Notes under the pieces: generated by a model
Told to the model about the DNA's origin: nothing
The model's database searches: none
Seen by the model: the letters and a program-made list of their open reading frames with translations, nothing else
Virus record (IMG/VR): IMGVR_UViG_3300049259_000141
Span: 1-55,690 of that record
Reading direction: 5' to 3' (one strand)
Source of the DNA: a virus
Lineage: Duplodnaviria > Caudoviricetes
Length of the DNA stretch: 55,690 nt
Shown: piece after piece, positions 26,391-36,148 of the stretch
How the letters are laid out: every line of letters starts with the position of its first letter
Position numbering within the stretch: position 1 is the first letter of the stretch
Position numbers and translations under genes: made by a program

Positions 26391-26928
26391 CGCGCAACGG
26401 CTTCCGCACCCTGCGCCGCTCGCCGAACACCGCATCGGCCCGCCGCAGAGCCTCACGCTCCACAGCCTCGCGACGGGTGACGGCACCCCGCCCGGCGGCT
26501 GCGGCACGCACAGCGGCCGCCACAGCGCGAGCACGGCGGGTCGACGGCTCCTCGCCCATCACTTCGCCCCGATGGCGCGGCCGTGCTTCGGGCACTCGGG
26601 CCGGCGCAGCGTCACCAGCTTGCCGTTGGCGTCCCGATCCCGGTACTTGGTCTTCCGCAGCCGTCTCATGCAGGTCACCCCGTTGACCAGGGCCAGGCAC
26701 GTGCCCAGCTGTTCGGCCTTCGCAATGCTCACCGATGTCCCCTTCCTAGATCGCCCGGGCGGCAGTCGCCCCCGGGCTGTGCTTGCCGGCCGCGTTCCTG
26801 ACCCAATCGCGTCGGGCCGCCGCCGTCATGGTGCCCCAACCGGCCGGTGCGGTCACCCAGCAACGCGACCGCCTGCCGCCCTGCTTGACGAACTCGATGT
26901 GCACCCGCACGCCCTGCTTGGCCATGCT

Positions 26929-27138
26929 TCACCTCTTCACTCGTGCGACGAACCCGTTGCGGGCCGGCGCTAGCTTCAGACTCCCCACGATCCGCCACCC
27001 GTCCGAGCGGATCGCCTTCGCCACGCCCCGTGTGGTCACCCCCGACCAGGTGCCGGCGTGGCGGCCGTCATCGGTGGTGATGGTGGCCGACCCGTTGCCC
27101 AGGTCGACCACCAGTCCACCGCGCTGCCTGCGGCTCAC
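26929..27138 (-). CDS. hypothetical protein
   Basis: 69 aa, coupled to the upstream gene. Confidence 0.5.
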   Translation of the reverse strand: MSRRQRGGLVVDLGNGSATITTDDGRHAGTWSGVTTRGVAKAIRSDGWRIVGSLKLAPARNGFVARVKR

Positions 27139-27599
27139 CCGGACAGCTCGGCGAGGTGTGCCGCCACGTGCGCGGCCACGTGCTCCCCCGGCGCGTCGCT
27201 GAACCAGTCGGAGTGGTCATCCCCGCGGCACAACTCGGCCTCGCGTGAAGCCAGCTCGGCCCGCATGAGCCGGGCCCGCCGCGCCTTCGTCCACGGGTCG
27301 ACCGATGACGCGTTCTCATAAGCCGGTGACAGCCAGCGGCGCAAGTCCACCGTTCGGGCTGCGCGATAGGAGCGCTGGGCGTTGCGGTCGGCGGCGTCCG
27401 TCTCGTTCGCCCGCTGGTGCAGTTCGGTCAGCAGCGCGGCGAGGAGAACGACGTTCTCGGCCCGGTATTCCTCGACGCTCACGTTGCTCTCGCGCGACTC
27501 GGCCCGGAGCCAGTGGGTCCATTCGCGGTCGACCAGCTCGTTCAGGCGGTCGATGTCCACGTTGCGGTAGGGGCGGTCCGTGGTGATTTCGTTCAGCAT
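27135..27599 (-). CDS. hypothetical protein
   Basis: ATG at 27599 with AAGGAG SD, downstream of a promoter. Confidence 0.65.
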   Translation of the reverse strand: MLNEITTDRPYRNVDIDRLNELVDREWTHWLRAESRESNVSVEEYRAENVVLLAALLTELHQRANETDAADRNAQRSYRAARTVDLRRWLSPAYENASSVDPWTKARRARLMRAELASREAELCRGDDHSDWFSDAPGEHVAAHVAAHLAELSG

Positions 27600-27642
27600 G
27601 GCTATTCGCTCCTTGGGGGCTGTCCTTTTGCTGACAAGTAGA

Positions 27643-27671
27643 ACACTACATTCCCAGTCAGTGGGTGTCAA
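27643..27671 (-). promoter_or_regulatory. promoter (GTTGACACCC family)
   Basis: TTGACA-17-TAGTGT. Confidence 0.8.
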
Positions 27672-27690
27672 CATCGTGTGGGGCGACGCC

Positions 27691-27966
27691 TCACACAGCC
27701 ACCCACACCAACGCATTGGCGCGGACCGAAACGGTATCAAGGGTGCGACGGTCGTAGTCGAACGCCAGGAAACTGACCTCACCGGAACCGCGCGCCGTGC
27801 GGGTCTTGTGATCCAACGATGCGGCGGGGGTCTTCAGCTCAGGGTCAAGCAGCACCATGCCGGCACACAGCTTGGAGCCGAGAACCTGCACACCCGGCAG
27901 CTCGGCCAGCGTATCCAGGCTAGGGTGTTCGCCAGGCCAGATCCGGGGCGTTGCGGTGCTGGTCAT
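27691..27966 (-). CDS. hypothetical protein
   Basis: Single-gene unit between two promoters, AAGGTGG SD. Confidence 0.65.
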   Translation of the reverse strand: MTSTATPRIWPGEHPSLDTLAELPGVQVLGSKLCAGMVLLDPELKTPAASLDHKTRTARGSGEVSFLAFDYDRRTLDTVSVRANALVWVAV

Positions 27967-28006
27967 TTCGTCCACCTTCGGGTCTGTTCGGTTGCTGACA
28001 ACAGGA

Positions 28007-28038
28007 ACATTACACGCCCTACCGGTGGGTGTCAACAC
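28007..28038 (-). promoter_or_regulatory. promoter, 32-bp direct repeat of 25697-25728
   Basis: TTGACA-17-TAATGT. Confidence 0.85.
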
Positions 28039-28040
28039 GG

Positions 28041-28280
28041 TCAGTGCCAGACCCTCGGACTGGTCATGTGCACCGCGCCATTGTCCCGCTGCACCACCTG
28101 AAACCACGGCCACTCATCGTTCAACCAGCCCGCCACCCGCAGCCGCTCGTGCCGATCCTTCCCCACAATCACCGTCGTCACGTACCGGCCGAGCGCGTTC
28201 TTCGTATCCACCGACAGATGCCCGTGGCCGTGCCGGGACAGCAGAGCCTTCACCGCGTAGGTGACGCCCTTCTTGGTCAT
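28041..28280 (-). CDS. hypothetical protein
   Basis: 79 aa from ATG 28280. Confidence 0.55.
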   Translation of the reverse strand: MTKKGVTYAVKALLSRHGHGHLSVDTKNALGRYVTTVIVGKDRHERLRVAGWLNDEWPWFQVVQRDNGAVHMTSPRVWH

Positions 28281-28784
28281 GCGTCGTTCGGTAATCACTC
28301 TCCTGTCGCCGAGACCGGCCGCACCCCCGAGCGAATACAGGTGCGGCCGGTCTCGTGATTCGGTCAGTAGTCCCGTGACCGCAGGGCCCGCTTCCGGCCG
28401 CCGGCGGCCTTCGCGCAGGCCGTACACAGCTTCCACCGCGCACTACCCACCCCGACCACACTGCCGCCCGTCATGGACACCAGCCAGGCGGCCGAGCGCG
28501 CCGCGCAACGCTGGCACGCCGGCAGCGGCCGCAGACCTTGGTCATCCATCTGCCCGGACATCAGGTCCACCGGTCCATGGGCGGAATGTTCCGGTTTGGG
28601 ATCGGCTTCTTGCTGCCCGTGCAGTCCAAGGCCTTGCCGGACTTCGGATCGACATACATGCCCTTGTGTGTCCCCCACTTCGCGGTCACGCCACCTTCAC
28701 GGCGAACCTCGATCGACATGGACACGTTCTCCTTGTTGCAGTACGGACACTTGCCCCTGGCTTTCGCCGTGCGTCGCGCCACAG

Positions 28785-29135
28785 CTACCACCACCCCTTT
28801 TTCTTCGGGGGCTGCTCCTGCTTGCCGCGCACGTTGCCCAGCTGCCGGACCATCTTGAGATCCTTGACGCGGTCCCGCTTCAGATCCGCCTTGCGCTGGT
28901 CGCGTTCCTTCGCGGCCTGCGCCCGGGCGGCGATCTGCTTCTGTCGCTCCCGGGCCTTCGCGCTGGCCTTCGCCTCGGCCGCCGCCCGCAGGGACTTCGC
29001 GGCATCGTCCTTGCGTTTCTGCTCGGCCAGCTCGGCCGCCATGTTCGAGCGGTAGCCGCCGCCGGCCCGGGCGCACGTACCGCAGTGCGTCGCCCCCCGA
29101 CTGATGCGCTTGCCGCATTCGCACTTGTTCGCCAT
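28785..29135 (-). CDS. basic Zn-ribbon plus coiled-coil protein
   Basis: CECG...CGTC followed by a K/R/A-rich helix, AGGAG SD. Confidence 0.65.
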   Translation of the reverse strand: MANKCECGKRISRGATHCGTCARAGGGYRSNMAAELAEQKRKDDAAKSLRAAAEAKASAKARERQKQIAARAQAAKERDQRKADLKRDRVKDLKMVRQLGNVRGKQEQPPKKKGWW

Positions 29136-29418
29136 TGTCTGCGCTCTCCTATCGGCGCTTGAGGTCTCCGGGTCCGAGGCCGTGCTGCCTGTACCAGCTC
29201 TGCAAACAGCCTGCGCAGAGCTGGTCTCGGGTCAGCTGGCCCCGTCGCCGCTTCTTTTCGACGTAGATCGCTGCGCGTGTTTCGCACACGTCGCATCGGT
29301 CACCTTTGGCGACCTTCTTGGCGCACATCCGATGTTTCCTCCGCCGGGTGTCGGCAATCCCCGGGCTCGGATCGCGCCGGGCCGTGCTGGCCTCCGGATT
29401 GATCGGAGGTCTGTTCGA

Positions 29419-29823
29419 TCAGGTTGGCCCGGTACTCTCTCTGCCGTCACCGCTCACCCTACGCCCCTTGTCGGTGGGTGTCAACTTGCTGGCCGTGTAC
29501 AGGTGCCAGTGCTCGCCCTCGATCGCCGTCGGCCCCGTCCGCCTGCACAGATACGGATCCAGCCCCGTAGCCTGCCCGAACTGCCCCAACACCTCCGCCA
29601 CCCGCTCCGCCACCTCGCGCGACGGATACCCCGGCTTGCTCCGGCCGTTCAGCTGCCGGCACCACCAGATCCTGCGCACCGTGTGCGAACCGGGATACAG
29701 GATCGCGTACCGGCTGATCACGTCGCTACGGACCCGCTCCGGAGCGCCAGCTTCCTGCTCGGCCCGCGTCACCTCGCGTTGCTTCACGCCAAAGCGGGCC
29801 ACGCGCCGCCAGCCGCGCGTCAT
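29419..29823 (-). CDS. hypothetical protein
   Basis: 'KPGYPSREVAE...PYLC...HWHLYT' Zn-binding-like motif common in actinophages. Confidence 0.55.
   Translation of the reverse strand: MTRGWRRVARFGVKQREVTRAEQEAGAPERVRSDVISRYAILYPGSHTVRRIWWCRQLNGRSKPGYPSREVAERVAEVLGQFGQATGLDPYLCRRTGPTAIEGEHWHLYTASKLTPTDKGRRVSGDGRESTGPT
29456..29484 (-). promoter_or_regulatory. promoter embedded in the 3' end of the upstream gene
   Basis: TTGACA-17-TAGGGT. Confidence 0.65.
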
Positions 29824-30293
29824 CCGACGGTGTCCGCAGTGTCCGCGACGGCCTGCGCCACCCGGGCCAACGTGATCTTGTTGTTCAGGTGCTGGGCCAT
29901 GGCGCGCGCCGAGTCCTCGGCGTCGATCCCGTTCGGGCCGCTGTCGATCGACGCCACCACGGCCAGCTCGCCGATCCGCGCGTCGGTGTCGACCACCTGC
30001 CACTGCGGGACGTCGAGGTCACGGTCCCGCCCGGGCTGCGCCTGGTAGCGCTCGCTTACCAGCCACTGCCACAGCTCGCGCTGGTGGCTGAACGTGGCGG
30101 CGAACACGCGGCTCAGGGCTTCAGGCTCGGTGCGGGTGGCGGCGGCCAGGGCGACACCCTGCGGCCCGTAGGTTTCGCCGAGCTTGTCCAGAGCGGCGAT
30201 CAGGTTGGGGTCGAAGGTGCGTTCGGTGTACCCGCAGCCTTCTTCGACCACTCCGAAGAAGCCGCTCGGGTGCGGGATGGACGGGTGTTCCAT
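29820..30293 (-). CDS. hypothetical protein
   Basis: 157 aa with GAAAGG SD, downstream of a promoter. Confidence 0.65.
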   Translation of the reverse strand: MEHPSIPHPSGFFGVVEEGCGYTERTFDPNLIAALDKLGETYGPQGVALAAATRTEPEALSRVFAATFSHQRELWQWLVSERYQAQPGRDRDLDVPQWQVVDTDARIGELAVVASIDSGPNGIDAEDSARAMAQHLNNKITLARVAQAVADTADTVG

Positions 30294-30332
30294 GGGGTGC
30301 CTTTCTGTTGTGCGGCAACACTTCCGATGTTG

Positions 30333-30361
30333 ACGTTACGCCCCGTAGGCAGGGGTGTCAA
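30333..30361 (-). promoter_or_regulatory. promoter embedded in the 3' end of the upstream gene
   Basis: TTGACA-17-TAACGT. Confidence 0.7.
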
Positions 30362-30752
30362 CTTCGATCCACTGCCGGTCCTCATACCGGAACCGCTGGC
30401 CCAGCACCTCGACCTCGGTCGCCGCCGGCCGCAGCAGGACCTCCATGAACTGCTGGCGGTCCCGATCGCGCCGCTCCGCCTCGGCCAGCTGCGCGGCCAT
30501 CTCCGCCCCGACCCGGCCCGCCGGCGTGCCGAAGGCCTGCTCCAGCAGGTGGGACGCCATCTGCCGGCGCTGCGCGTGCGGCACCCGCCAGGTACGGAGG
30601 ACGGCGTCGGCTTCGGCGGCGAGCTCGGTGGTCATGTGCCAGGCGATGGCAACCTGTGCGTCGGTGCGCCGGTACTCGGCCACGTCGGGGTTGCGTTGGA
30701 GGTAGTCGGCGGCCACGAGGTCGATCATGTCGAGTGGTTCGCTCGGGATCAT
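30336..30752 (-). CDS. hypothetical protein
   Basis: ATG 30752 with GGAGG SD. Confidence 0.6.
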   Translation of the reverse strand: MIPSEPLDMIDLVAADYLQRNPDVAEYRRTDAQVAIAWHMTTELAAEADAVLRTWRVPHAQRRQMASHLLEQAFGTPAGRVGAEMAAQLAEAERRDRDRQQFMEVLLRPAATEVEVLGQRFRYEDRQWIEVDTPAYGA

Positions 30753-30910
30753 TTGTCCTCCCCGAGGAGTCGCTTGCGTTTGGCGGCGCGCCGGCCGCAG
30801 ATCTCGTGTGCGATCTTGGTTCGGTCGTCGGGGTTGCTGCGGACGCGGGTGCCGGCGCTGTACGGTTTGCCGCAGACCGAGCACACGCCGTCCGTTTGTG
30901 CCTTGGCCAT
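30749..30910 (-). CDS. small Zn-finger-like protein
   Basis: MAKAQTDGVCSVCGKPY...HEIC, 53 aa. Confidence 0.5.
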   Translation of the reverse strand: MAKAQTDGVCSVCGKPYSAGTRVRSNPDDRTKIAHEICGRRAAKRKRLLGEDK

Positions 30911-31304
30911 TGTGTATGCCTCTCTGGGAATGTATGAATGGCGGGCCCGGGGTCGATGTTGGCGTCCCGGTCACCGGCTTAGTGATGCGGCGATGGCGAG
31001 TGTCCACAGCGCGGCGGCCACGGCGAGTAGGCCGGCGACGATGCGCCAGCGTCCGGCCACGGTGCACACGTAGGCGAGCGCGAGCGCCGCGATGGCCAGC
31101 GCCGCCCAGTACGCGGCCCATCCGGGTGTCATGGGTGTTGGGCGGCCAGCGCGCCCATGATCGTTATCGTGCAGTAGCAGACGATCGTGATCAGCGCGCC
31201 GGCCAGTTGGGTGCGCCGGTCGTTGTGCTCGATGCCGGCCATCAGCATGCCGAAGCCGCAGCCGCCGACCGCACTGACCGCCAGCAGCAGCACTGTGAAG
31301 GTGT

Positions 31305-31946
31305 TCACGGCTTCGGGCCCGGCCATGCCACCATCAGGCCCCCGCAGCCCGGAAGGCCGCACCGGCTGCCCAGCGTGCGCCGCAGGTTCCAGCACGGCAC
31401 GGCGCACTTGCCGCACACCGTGGACGGGTCCGCGCCGTGGTAACAGTGGCGGCACCGGCTGGGGCTCGCCCCGTGCCAGCACGGTTCGGTGTCGCCGATC
31501 TGAAGCCGCCGGGCGTACCGGGCATGGTAGGTTGCTCTACCGGTTTGGCCGCAGCCGTCCGGATCGTCCATGGCGCAGAGGGCCACGCCGTCGATGGTCT
31601 CCCACGAGCTGACTGGGGTGGGGCGCTCAATGCTGCCCTCGGCGTTTGTCCGGAACAAGACTCGGCTGCACATGCCGCACGCGTACTCAGTCGTCACCCG
31701 AACGTGCCGTTCGGTGTCGACTTCCCGCTTCCATCGGTCGAACTGGACTTGCGGCACGGTGGCGAGCAGGGCGTGCACGTGGGCGGCCTGGACCAGTTCG
31801 GCGCGGGCGCGCTGAATCTCGGTGACGAAATGCTGGCCCTGTTCGATCTTGTCGAACTTCGACAAGCCCTCAGTGATCATCCGTGTGGCCGCCCCGTAAT
31901 GCTGGCGGGGAGTCATCATGTCGATCGGCTCGCGCTCGGCCATCAC
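31305..31946 (-). CDS. Cys-rich hypothetical protein
   Basis: 213 aa with several CxxC pairs. Confidence 0.6.
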   Translation of the reverse strand: MMAEREPIDMMTPRQHYGAATRMITEGLSKFDKIEQGQHFVTEIQRARAELVQAAHVHALLATVPQVQFDRWKREVDTERHVRVTTEYACGMCSRVLFRTNAEGSIERPTPVSSWETIDGVALCAMDDPDGCGQTGRATYHARYARRLQIGDTEPCWHGASPSRCRHCYHGADPSTVCGKCAVPCWNLRRTLGSRCGLPGCGGLMVAWPGPKP

Positions 31947-32094
31947 CGGTCACCCTTCCTTCGCTGGCTGTCGGCGATACGCCGGCGTTCATTGGCCTTG
32001 AACAGGCACGCGCGGTCACCGCACGTGCCACGCTGGCGGCTGCACTTCTTGGCCGAGATCATGGTTCCGCACACCGAGCACCGCAGTTCTCCGG

Positions 32095-33036
32095 TCACGG
32101 CTGCTCGTCCTCCACCGTCTGACGTTGCTCGCCCGTCACTGGATCGGTGGCCGCCTGCGCGGCTTCGACCGCGCGCCGGATCTCCTTCACGCACTTCGCC
32201 ATGGCCTGGCCGACGGCATACGCCAGGGCCGGCCAGCCCAGCAGTGCGTTCCGGTCCAGCACCGCCTCCACGGAGATCGGCACCGGGGCGTTGCGCAGCA
32301 GCACGCGCAGGCGCGGAGCCGCGCCGGACGGGCTGTCCATCTCGAACAGCAGATCGACGCCGTCGCCCTTCGCGCCCATCGCCCGAAGTGACTCCTCACT
32401 AGCGCGCGCCTCGGCGAGGTGGTGGGCCAGGAAATACTCGTCCAACTCGTCATCGAAGAACGTCGACTGCCGCAGCAGCTCGCCGGCGCTATTCCGGATG
32501 CCACCCCACGGGGTTTCACCCAGCGGGTGTTCCGGGGCCGTGATGCCGAGACGGCCCGGCGCAGGGGGCACGGTGAACGAGCTTTCGTGACGGAACTGCC
32601 ACGGCGGCGGCTCGGCGCTGGCGCTCTTCCCCGGCCACGGGCCATTCAGCCGCTCGCGGGTCTCCGCGTCCATTTCGGCCCGCGTCGGATACTGGGGCTG
32701 ACCGGTCACCCGCTGCATGATCTCGTGCGCCTCGGCCGGGGAGACGCCGGCGTCGGTCGGTGTCAGATCGACCGTCACGGTCACGTCCTTGCCGAACAGC
32801 ATGGACTCACCGGTCGGCTGGCCGTCGGCGTCGAGCTTTGTCAGTCTGGCCGGCCCGGCTATGCCGGCCGTCGGCCGGGCCGACTCGGCGGCCCTGCGCT
32901 CGGCCACCTCGGCTTCAGTCAGCAGCTCCTGCCCGCAGGTGCCGCAGCTCGGCCACACCCCGTCCACGTCGACATCGTTGACGTCTCGCACGTAACCGTG
33001 CGTTGGGCACACGTTCGACGCGTCGTGCTCGCTCAT
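32095..33036 (-). CDS. hypothetical protein
   Basis: 313 aa with an N-terminal Zn ribbon (CPTH...CGTC). Confidence 0.65.
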   Translation of the reverse strand: MSEHDASNVCPTHGYVRDVNDVDVDGVWPSCGTCGQELLTEAEVAERRAAESARPTAGIAGPARLTKLDADGQPTGESMLFGKDVTVTVDLTPTDAGVSPAEAHEIMQRVTGQPQYPTRAEMDAETRERLNGPWPGKSASAEPPPWQFRHESSFTVPPAPGRLGITAPEHPLGETPWGGIRNSAGELLRQSTFFDDELDEYFLAHHLAEARASEESLRAMGAKGDGVDLLFEMDSPSGAAPRLRVLLRNAPVPISVEAVLDRNALLGWPALAYAVGQAMAKCVKEIRRAVEAAQAATDPVTGEQRQTVEDEQP

Positions 33037-33500
33037 GAGCCGGTCACCCGCTGCCAGGCCTGCCGCAGGGCGGACAGCTGCTGTTCGGCGGTCAGGGCTC
33101 GGCGCTTCCACTCGGCCAGGTCGGCCGCAAGCTTCTCGATCTTCGTCGACTGGTCCGGGGCGGCGGCGCTCAGCGCGGTGCGGAGCGTGGCCCGCACCAG
33201 CTCGGTCACCTCAGGGTCCTGCTTACGGTGCTTGTTGCGGTGCGGCCGGATGCTGTTCGCGCTCTTGTTGACGTACGAGCAGTCCGCGCAGGCGTACACG
33301 ACCAGGTTGTCATCCTGGTCGAGCCGCAGGCGGCGCACCGACGGCCACACAACCGGATTGCCTCTGCGGTCGTTGAGCGCGGACGGTGTCGGGTCGTTGG
33401 CCAGCACCGGGAACACGCCGAGCCCGTCGACTTCGACGAACTCCTTGCCGTCCTTGTCGGTGAACCAGGCCATTCCGGTCGGTTTCGTTGGCCAGGCCAT
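33033..33500 (-). CDS. C2H2 zinc finger plus coiled-coil protein
   Basis: YACADCSYVNKSANSIRPHRNKH fits C-x2-C-x12-H-x3-H. Confidence 0.7.
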   Translation of the reverse strand: MAWPTKPTGMAWFTDKDGKEFVEVDGLGVFPVLANDPTPSALNDRRGNPVVWPSVRRLRLDQDDNLVVYACADCSYVNKSANSIRPHRNKHRKQDPEVTELVRATLRTALSAAAPDQSTKIEKLAADLAEWKRRALTAEQQLSALRQAWQRVTGS

Positions 33501-33514
33501 GATGGTGTCCCCTT

Positions 33515-34123
33515 TCAGACTGTGGTGAGGCGTCGGGCCCGGGCCTGCTTGACGCCGTACTTGCCGCCCTGGTGGCTCTGGCAGTGAGAGCATGCGGGCT
33601 GGATGTTGTCTCGCCGGTAGGTGCCGCCGAGGTGGCCGGGCACGATGCGGTCGACCGACACGGTGTCGACGGTGAGATACCCCGTGCAGCCGGGCAGGGC
33701 CAGGGCGCAATCCGCCACGATGCCATCACCGAACATGTCGATCAGCCACTGCCGCCGCCGTCGCCGGCTCTCGGCGTTCCCCCGAGCATTGGTGTTCGAG
33801 CAGCCGCGCCGTGCCCGATAGCCCTTCGTCCACCAGTCCCGGCCGTCGTCTGTGGTGAACACGCGCCGGACGCCCTTGGAGCGGCCGGAGCGCGGTGCTG
33901 CCGCGCTGATCCGGATCAGCTTCGCGTCGAGCATCTCGCCGAGCGCCTTGGACTCGGCCGAGGTGAGCGCATCCGTGGTGATCACACCGTCCCAGCTGGC
34001 GAACAGGTCCTTGACCTCGGCGCGCCACTGCCAGCCGTCGCGCTGCGGAACGGTGACGATCTTCGCGTCGAGGACCATGGACATGACCGCGTGCCGGTGC
34101 TTCGTGCATGAGAGCGCTCTCAT
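33515..34123 (-). CDS. HNH endonuclease-domain protein
   Basis: 'VSVDRIVPGHLGGTYRRDNIQPACSHCQ'. Confidence 0.8.
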   Translation of the reverse strand: MRALSCTKHRHAVMSMVLDAKIVTVPQRDGWQWRAEVKDLFASWDGVITTDALTSAESKALGEMLDAKLIRISAAAPRSGRSKGVRRVFTTDDGRDWWTKGYRARRGCSNTNARGNAESRRRRRQWLIDMFGDGIVADCALALPGCTGYLTVDTVSVDRIVPGHLGGTYRRDNIQPACSHCQSHQGGKYGVKQARARRLTTV

Positions 34124-34349
34124 GAGCTTCCCTTGCGAATCCGGTAGGCCGACATCACGGCGGACATGTGCGGCGAGTTGCCGCGCACCATCAGGTCGGC
34201 GTGAGCGGCGCACATCAGCTCACGTTCCGGCCAGCCCGGGTAGCTCTTCCATCGGGCCACCACGCGGTGGGTGACCGGAGCACCGCACATGGTCGGCCTC
34301 GGCCACGGTCCGCCGATCCACCAGTCGCGGCACCGGCGCTGCTGCGGCT

Positions 34350-34525
34350 TCACTGGCTGGTCCGCAGGGCGGCGACGGTGAGCAGCACACCCAGGATGGC
34401 GATCACGATGCAGACGGGGGCGGGGATCGAGGCGATGAGCTGCGGTGTGCGGATCATGAGCTCGACCAGGTGCCCCAACACCAGGGAAAGCCACTGGGCG
34501 ATGGTGGTGAGGATGAGAGCCATGA
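34350..34525 (-). CDS. small membrane protein
   Basis: Two hydrophobic segments, GAAAGGA SD, downstream of a promoter. Confidence 0.5.
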
Positions 34526-34558
34526 TGGGGGTCCTTTCCCTGCTGGTCTGGTAGGGCA

Positions 34559-34587
34559 AAGCTACACCCGACCTAGTGTGGTGTCAA
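34559..34587 (-). promoter_or_regulatory. promoter
   Basis: TTGACA-17-TAGCTT. Confidence 0.7.
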
Positions 34588-34750
34588 CTCTTGCGGCCGC
34601 AGATCTTGCACAGCTTCATGGGGAACACTCCGCCGATCTTCCTGAACGGCCCCCAGCACCGGCCGCCATTCTTGCACTGCCCCTGCACGGCCTTCCCGGG
34701 CCGGTCGACCGGAGCGGCCGGCCCGGGAATCACCTTCGGCTGCCGGGCCA

Positions 34751-35047
34751 TCACACCGCGTCCGGCAGCAGCAAGCCGGGAGGCGTCACCATGCCGGCGT
34801 TGCCGAGCAGCGTGCGCGCCACTTCCTGACACTGCTCCCGATCCGACGGGTAGAACTGCTGCTCGTACACCTCGCCCAGCGCATACAGCACCAGGGCGGC
34901 CGCGCCGGCCACCTCGCGCACCGTCAGCCGGGCCAGGGGACCGCGCTCGCCGCCGGCCTCGATAGCCACGTGCAGCGCGTTGTTGATGATGCTCGCCGTC
35001 TTGGCCGTGTCGGTGTACTCCGTCACTAGCCGCTGTCGCTTCGCCAT
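34751..35047 (-). CDS. hypothetical protein
   Basis: 98 aa ORF in a tightly packed operon. Confidence 0.6.
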   Translation of the reverse strand: MAKRQRLVTEYTDTAKTASIINNALHVAIEAGGERGPLARLTVREVAGAAALVLYALGEVYEQQFYPSDREQCQEVARTLLGNAGMVTPPGLLLPDAV

Positions 35048-35051
35048 CGAG

Positions 35052-35171
35052 TCACTTCCCCTGACTGGACTTGCGGGGCCGCTTCGGACAGACCGCCTCG
35101 TGGGCGGTGCGGGTCGCCTTCAGCACGAACCGACGCTGGCAGTGGAAGCAGATGTATCGGGCGATCGGCAT
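35052..35171 (-). CDS. 39-aa C2HC zinc finger peptide (not in the ORF track)
   Basis: YICFHCQRRFVLKATRTAHEAVC fits C-x2-C-x12-H-x3-C and fills the gap between neighbours. Confidence 0.55.
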   Translation of the reverse strand: MPIARYICFHCQRRFVLKATRTAHEAVCPKRPRKSSQGK

Positions 35172-35174
35172 GGG

Positions 35175-35357
35175 TCAGCCCTGCCAGGTCGCGGAGTCGA
35201 TCGACGCGTCATAGTCGTCGCCGTCGTAGTGGTCGGCGAGCTGGTCGCCGTTCAGCTCGGCGACGGCGGACGCGATCATCTCTTCGACGGTCGGCACGTC
35301 GTTCTGCTCGGTGTAGCCGTCCGGCACGGTGACGCGCACGGTGAATGTCTCACTCAT
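35175..35357 (-). CDS. small acidic protein
   Basis: 60 aa, D/E-rich. Confidence 0.55.
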   Translation of the reverse strand: MSETFTVRVTVPDGYTEQNDVPTVEEMIASAVAELNGDQLADHYDGDDYDASIDSATWQG

Positions 35358-35632
35358 GACTCGTTACCCTGCGAAATGAACGCGGACAACTGCTCGTACG
35401 GCGTCTCTGCGTTCAGCAGCTCGTGAACCGGAATGGGGTTCGGGCCGGCAGTCATAGGGACTTCGGGCTTCGGCACGAATAGGCGGTCATACTCGCTCCG
35501 GAGCAGTCCCTGTGTCGCGTATACCTCGGACTTCCAGCCACGGAAGTCGTGGTAACTGACGAATCGGCGCAACAGCTCCTGCAATTGGAGAAACTCGTCC
35601 CGGTCCAGTGGGCCGACCTTGTGGATACTCAT
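35354..35632 (-). CDS. hypothetical protein
   Basis: 92 aa downstream of a promoter. Confidence 0.55.
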   Translation of the reverse strand: MSIHKVGPLDRDEFLQLQELLRRFVSYHDFRGWKSEVYATQGLLRSEYDRLFVPKPEVPMTAGPNPIPVHELLNAETPYEQLSAFISQGNES

Positions 35633-35673
35633 GGTGATCTCGATTCACGTATCGGGTGGCTGGTTCACGAGTG

Positions 35674-35702
35674 ACGGTACGCCTCATGCGCGTGGGTGTC
35701 AA
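35674..35702 (-). promoter_or_regulatory. promoter (GTTGACACCC family)
   Basis: TTGACA-17-TACCGT. Confidence 0.75.
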
Positions 35703-36146
35703 CTACGTGGACAGGCCGCGCTCCCGGCGTAGCCGCAACACGTTCTGCACCACCTGCGTGTCCGCCCTGAACCGCCGCCCCCCCGGGGCCTGCCAGGAAC
35801 CGTCATCCAGCTTCGCCCAATCCGCCGGATCATGCCGAGGCTTCGGCGGCTTCCCCGTCCGCACCGGACGATGCGTCGGCGCGGCCCTCACCGAGGCCGT
35901 CAACGCCGTGCGCGGATCACCGTCCACCTGCGCCGTCAGCTTCGACAGGTCATATTGCTCGTTGCGCACCCTGGCGTAGCCGGCGATCGTCACCTCGACG
36001 AACGCGGCCTGGATCGACCGCACCAGCTCGTGCGGGGTTCGCGCCACCGACGACCAGCCGCGCGTCAACGGCGTCTCAATGCGCAGGGTGCCATCCGGCA
36101 GCTCCTGCACCGTCAGGGGGATCATGGTGGGCCGGTGCCGAGCCAT
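35703..36146 (-). CDS. hypothetical protein
   Basis: 147 aa immediately after the terminase gene. Confidence 0.65.
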   Translation of the reverse strand: MARHRPTMIPLTVQELPDGTLRIETPLTRGWSSVARTPHELVRSIQAAFVEVTIAGYARVRNEQYDLSKLTAQVDGDPRTALTASVRAAPTHRPVRTGKPPKPRHDPADWAKLDDGSWQAPGGRRFRADTQVVQNVLRLRRERGLST

Positions 36147-36148
36147 CG

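Noticed and set aside
24820-28038. CRISPR array or integron interpretation of the repeated motifs
   Set aside because: Spacing is gene-sized and irregular, the repeats match promoter consensus, and no cas or integron integrase gene is visible.
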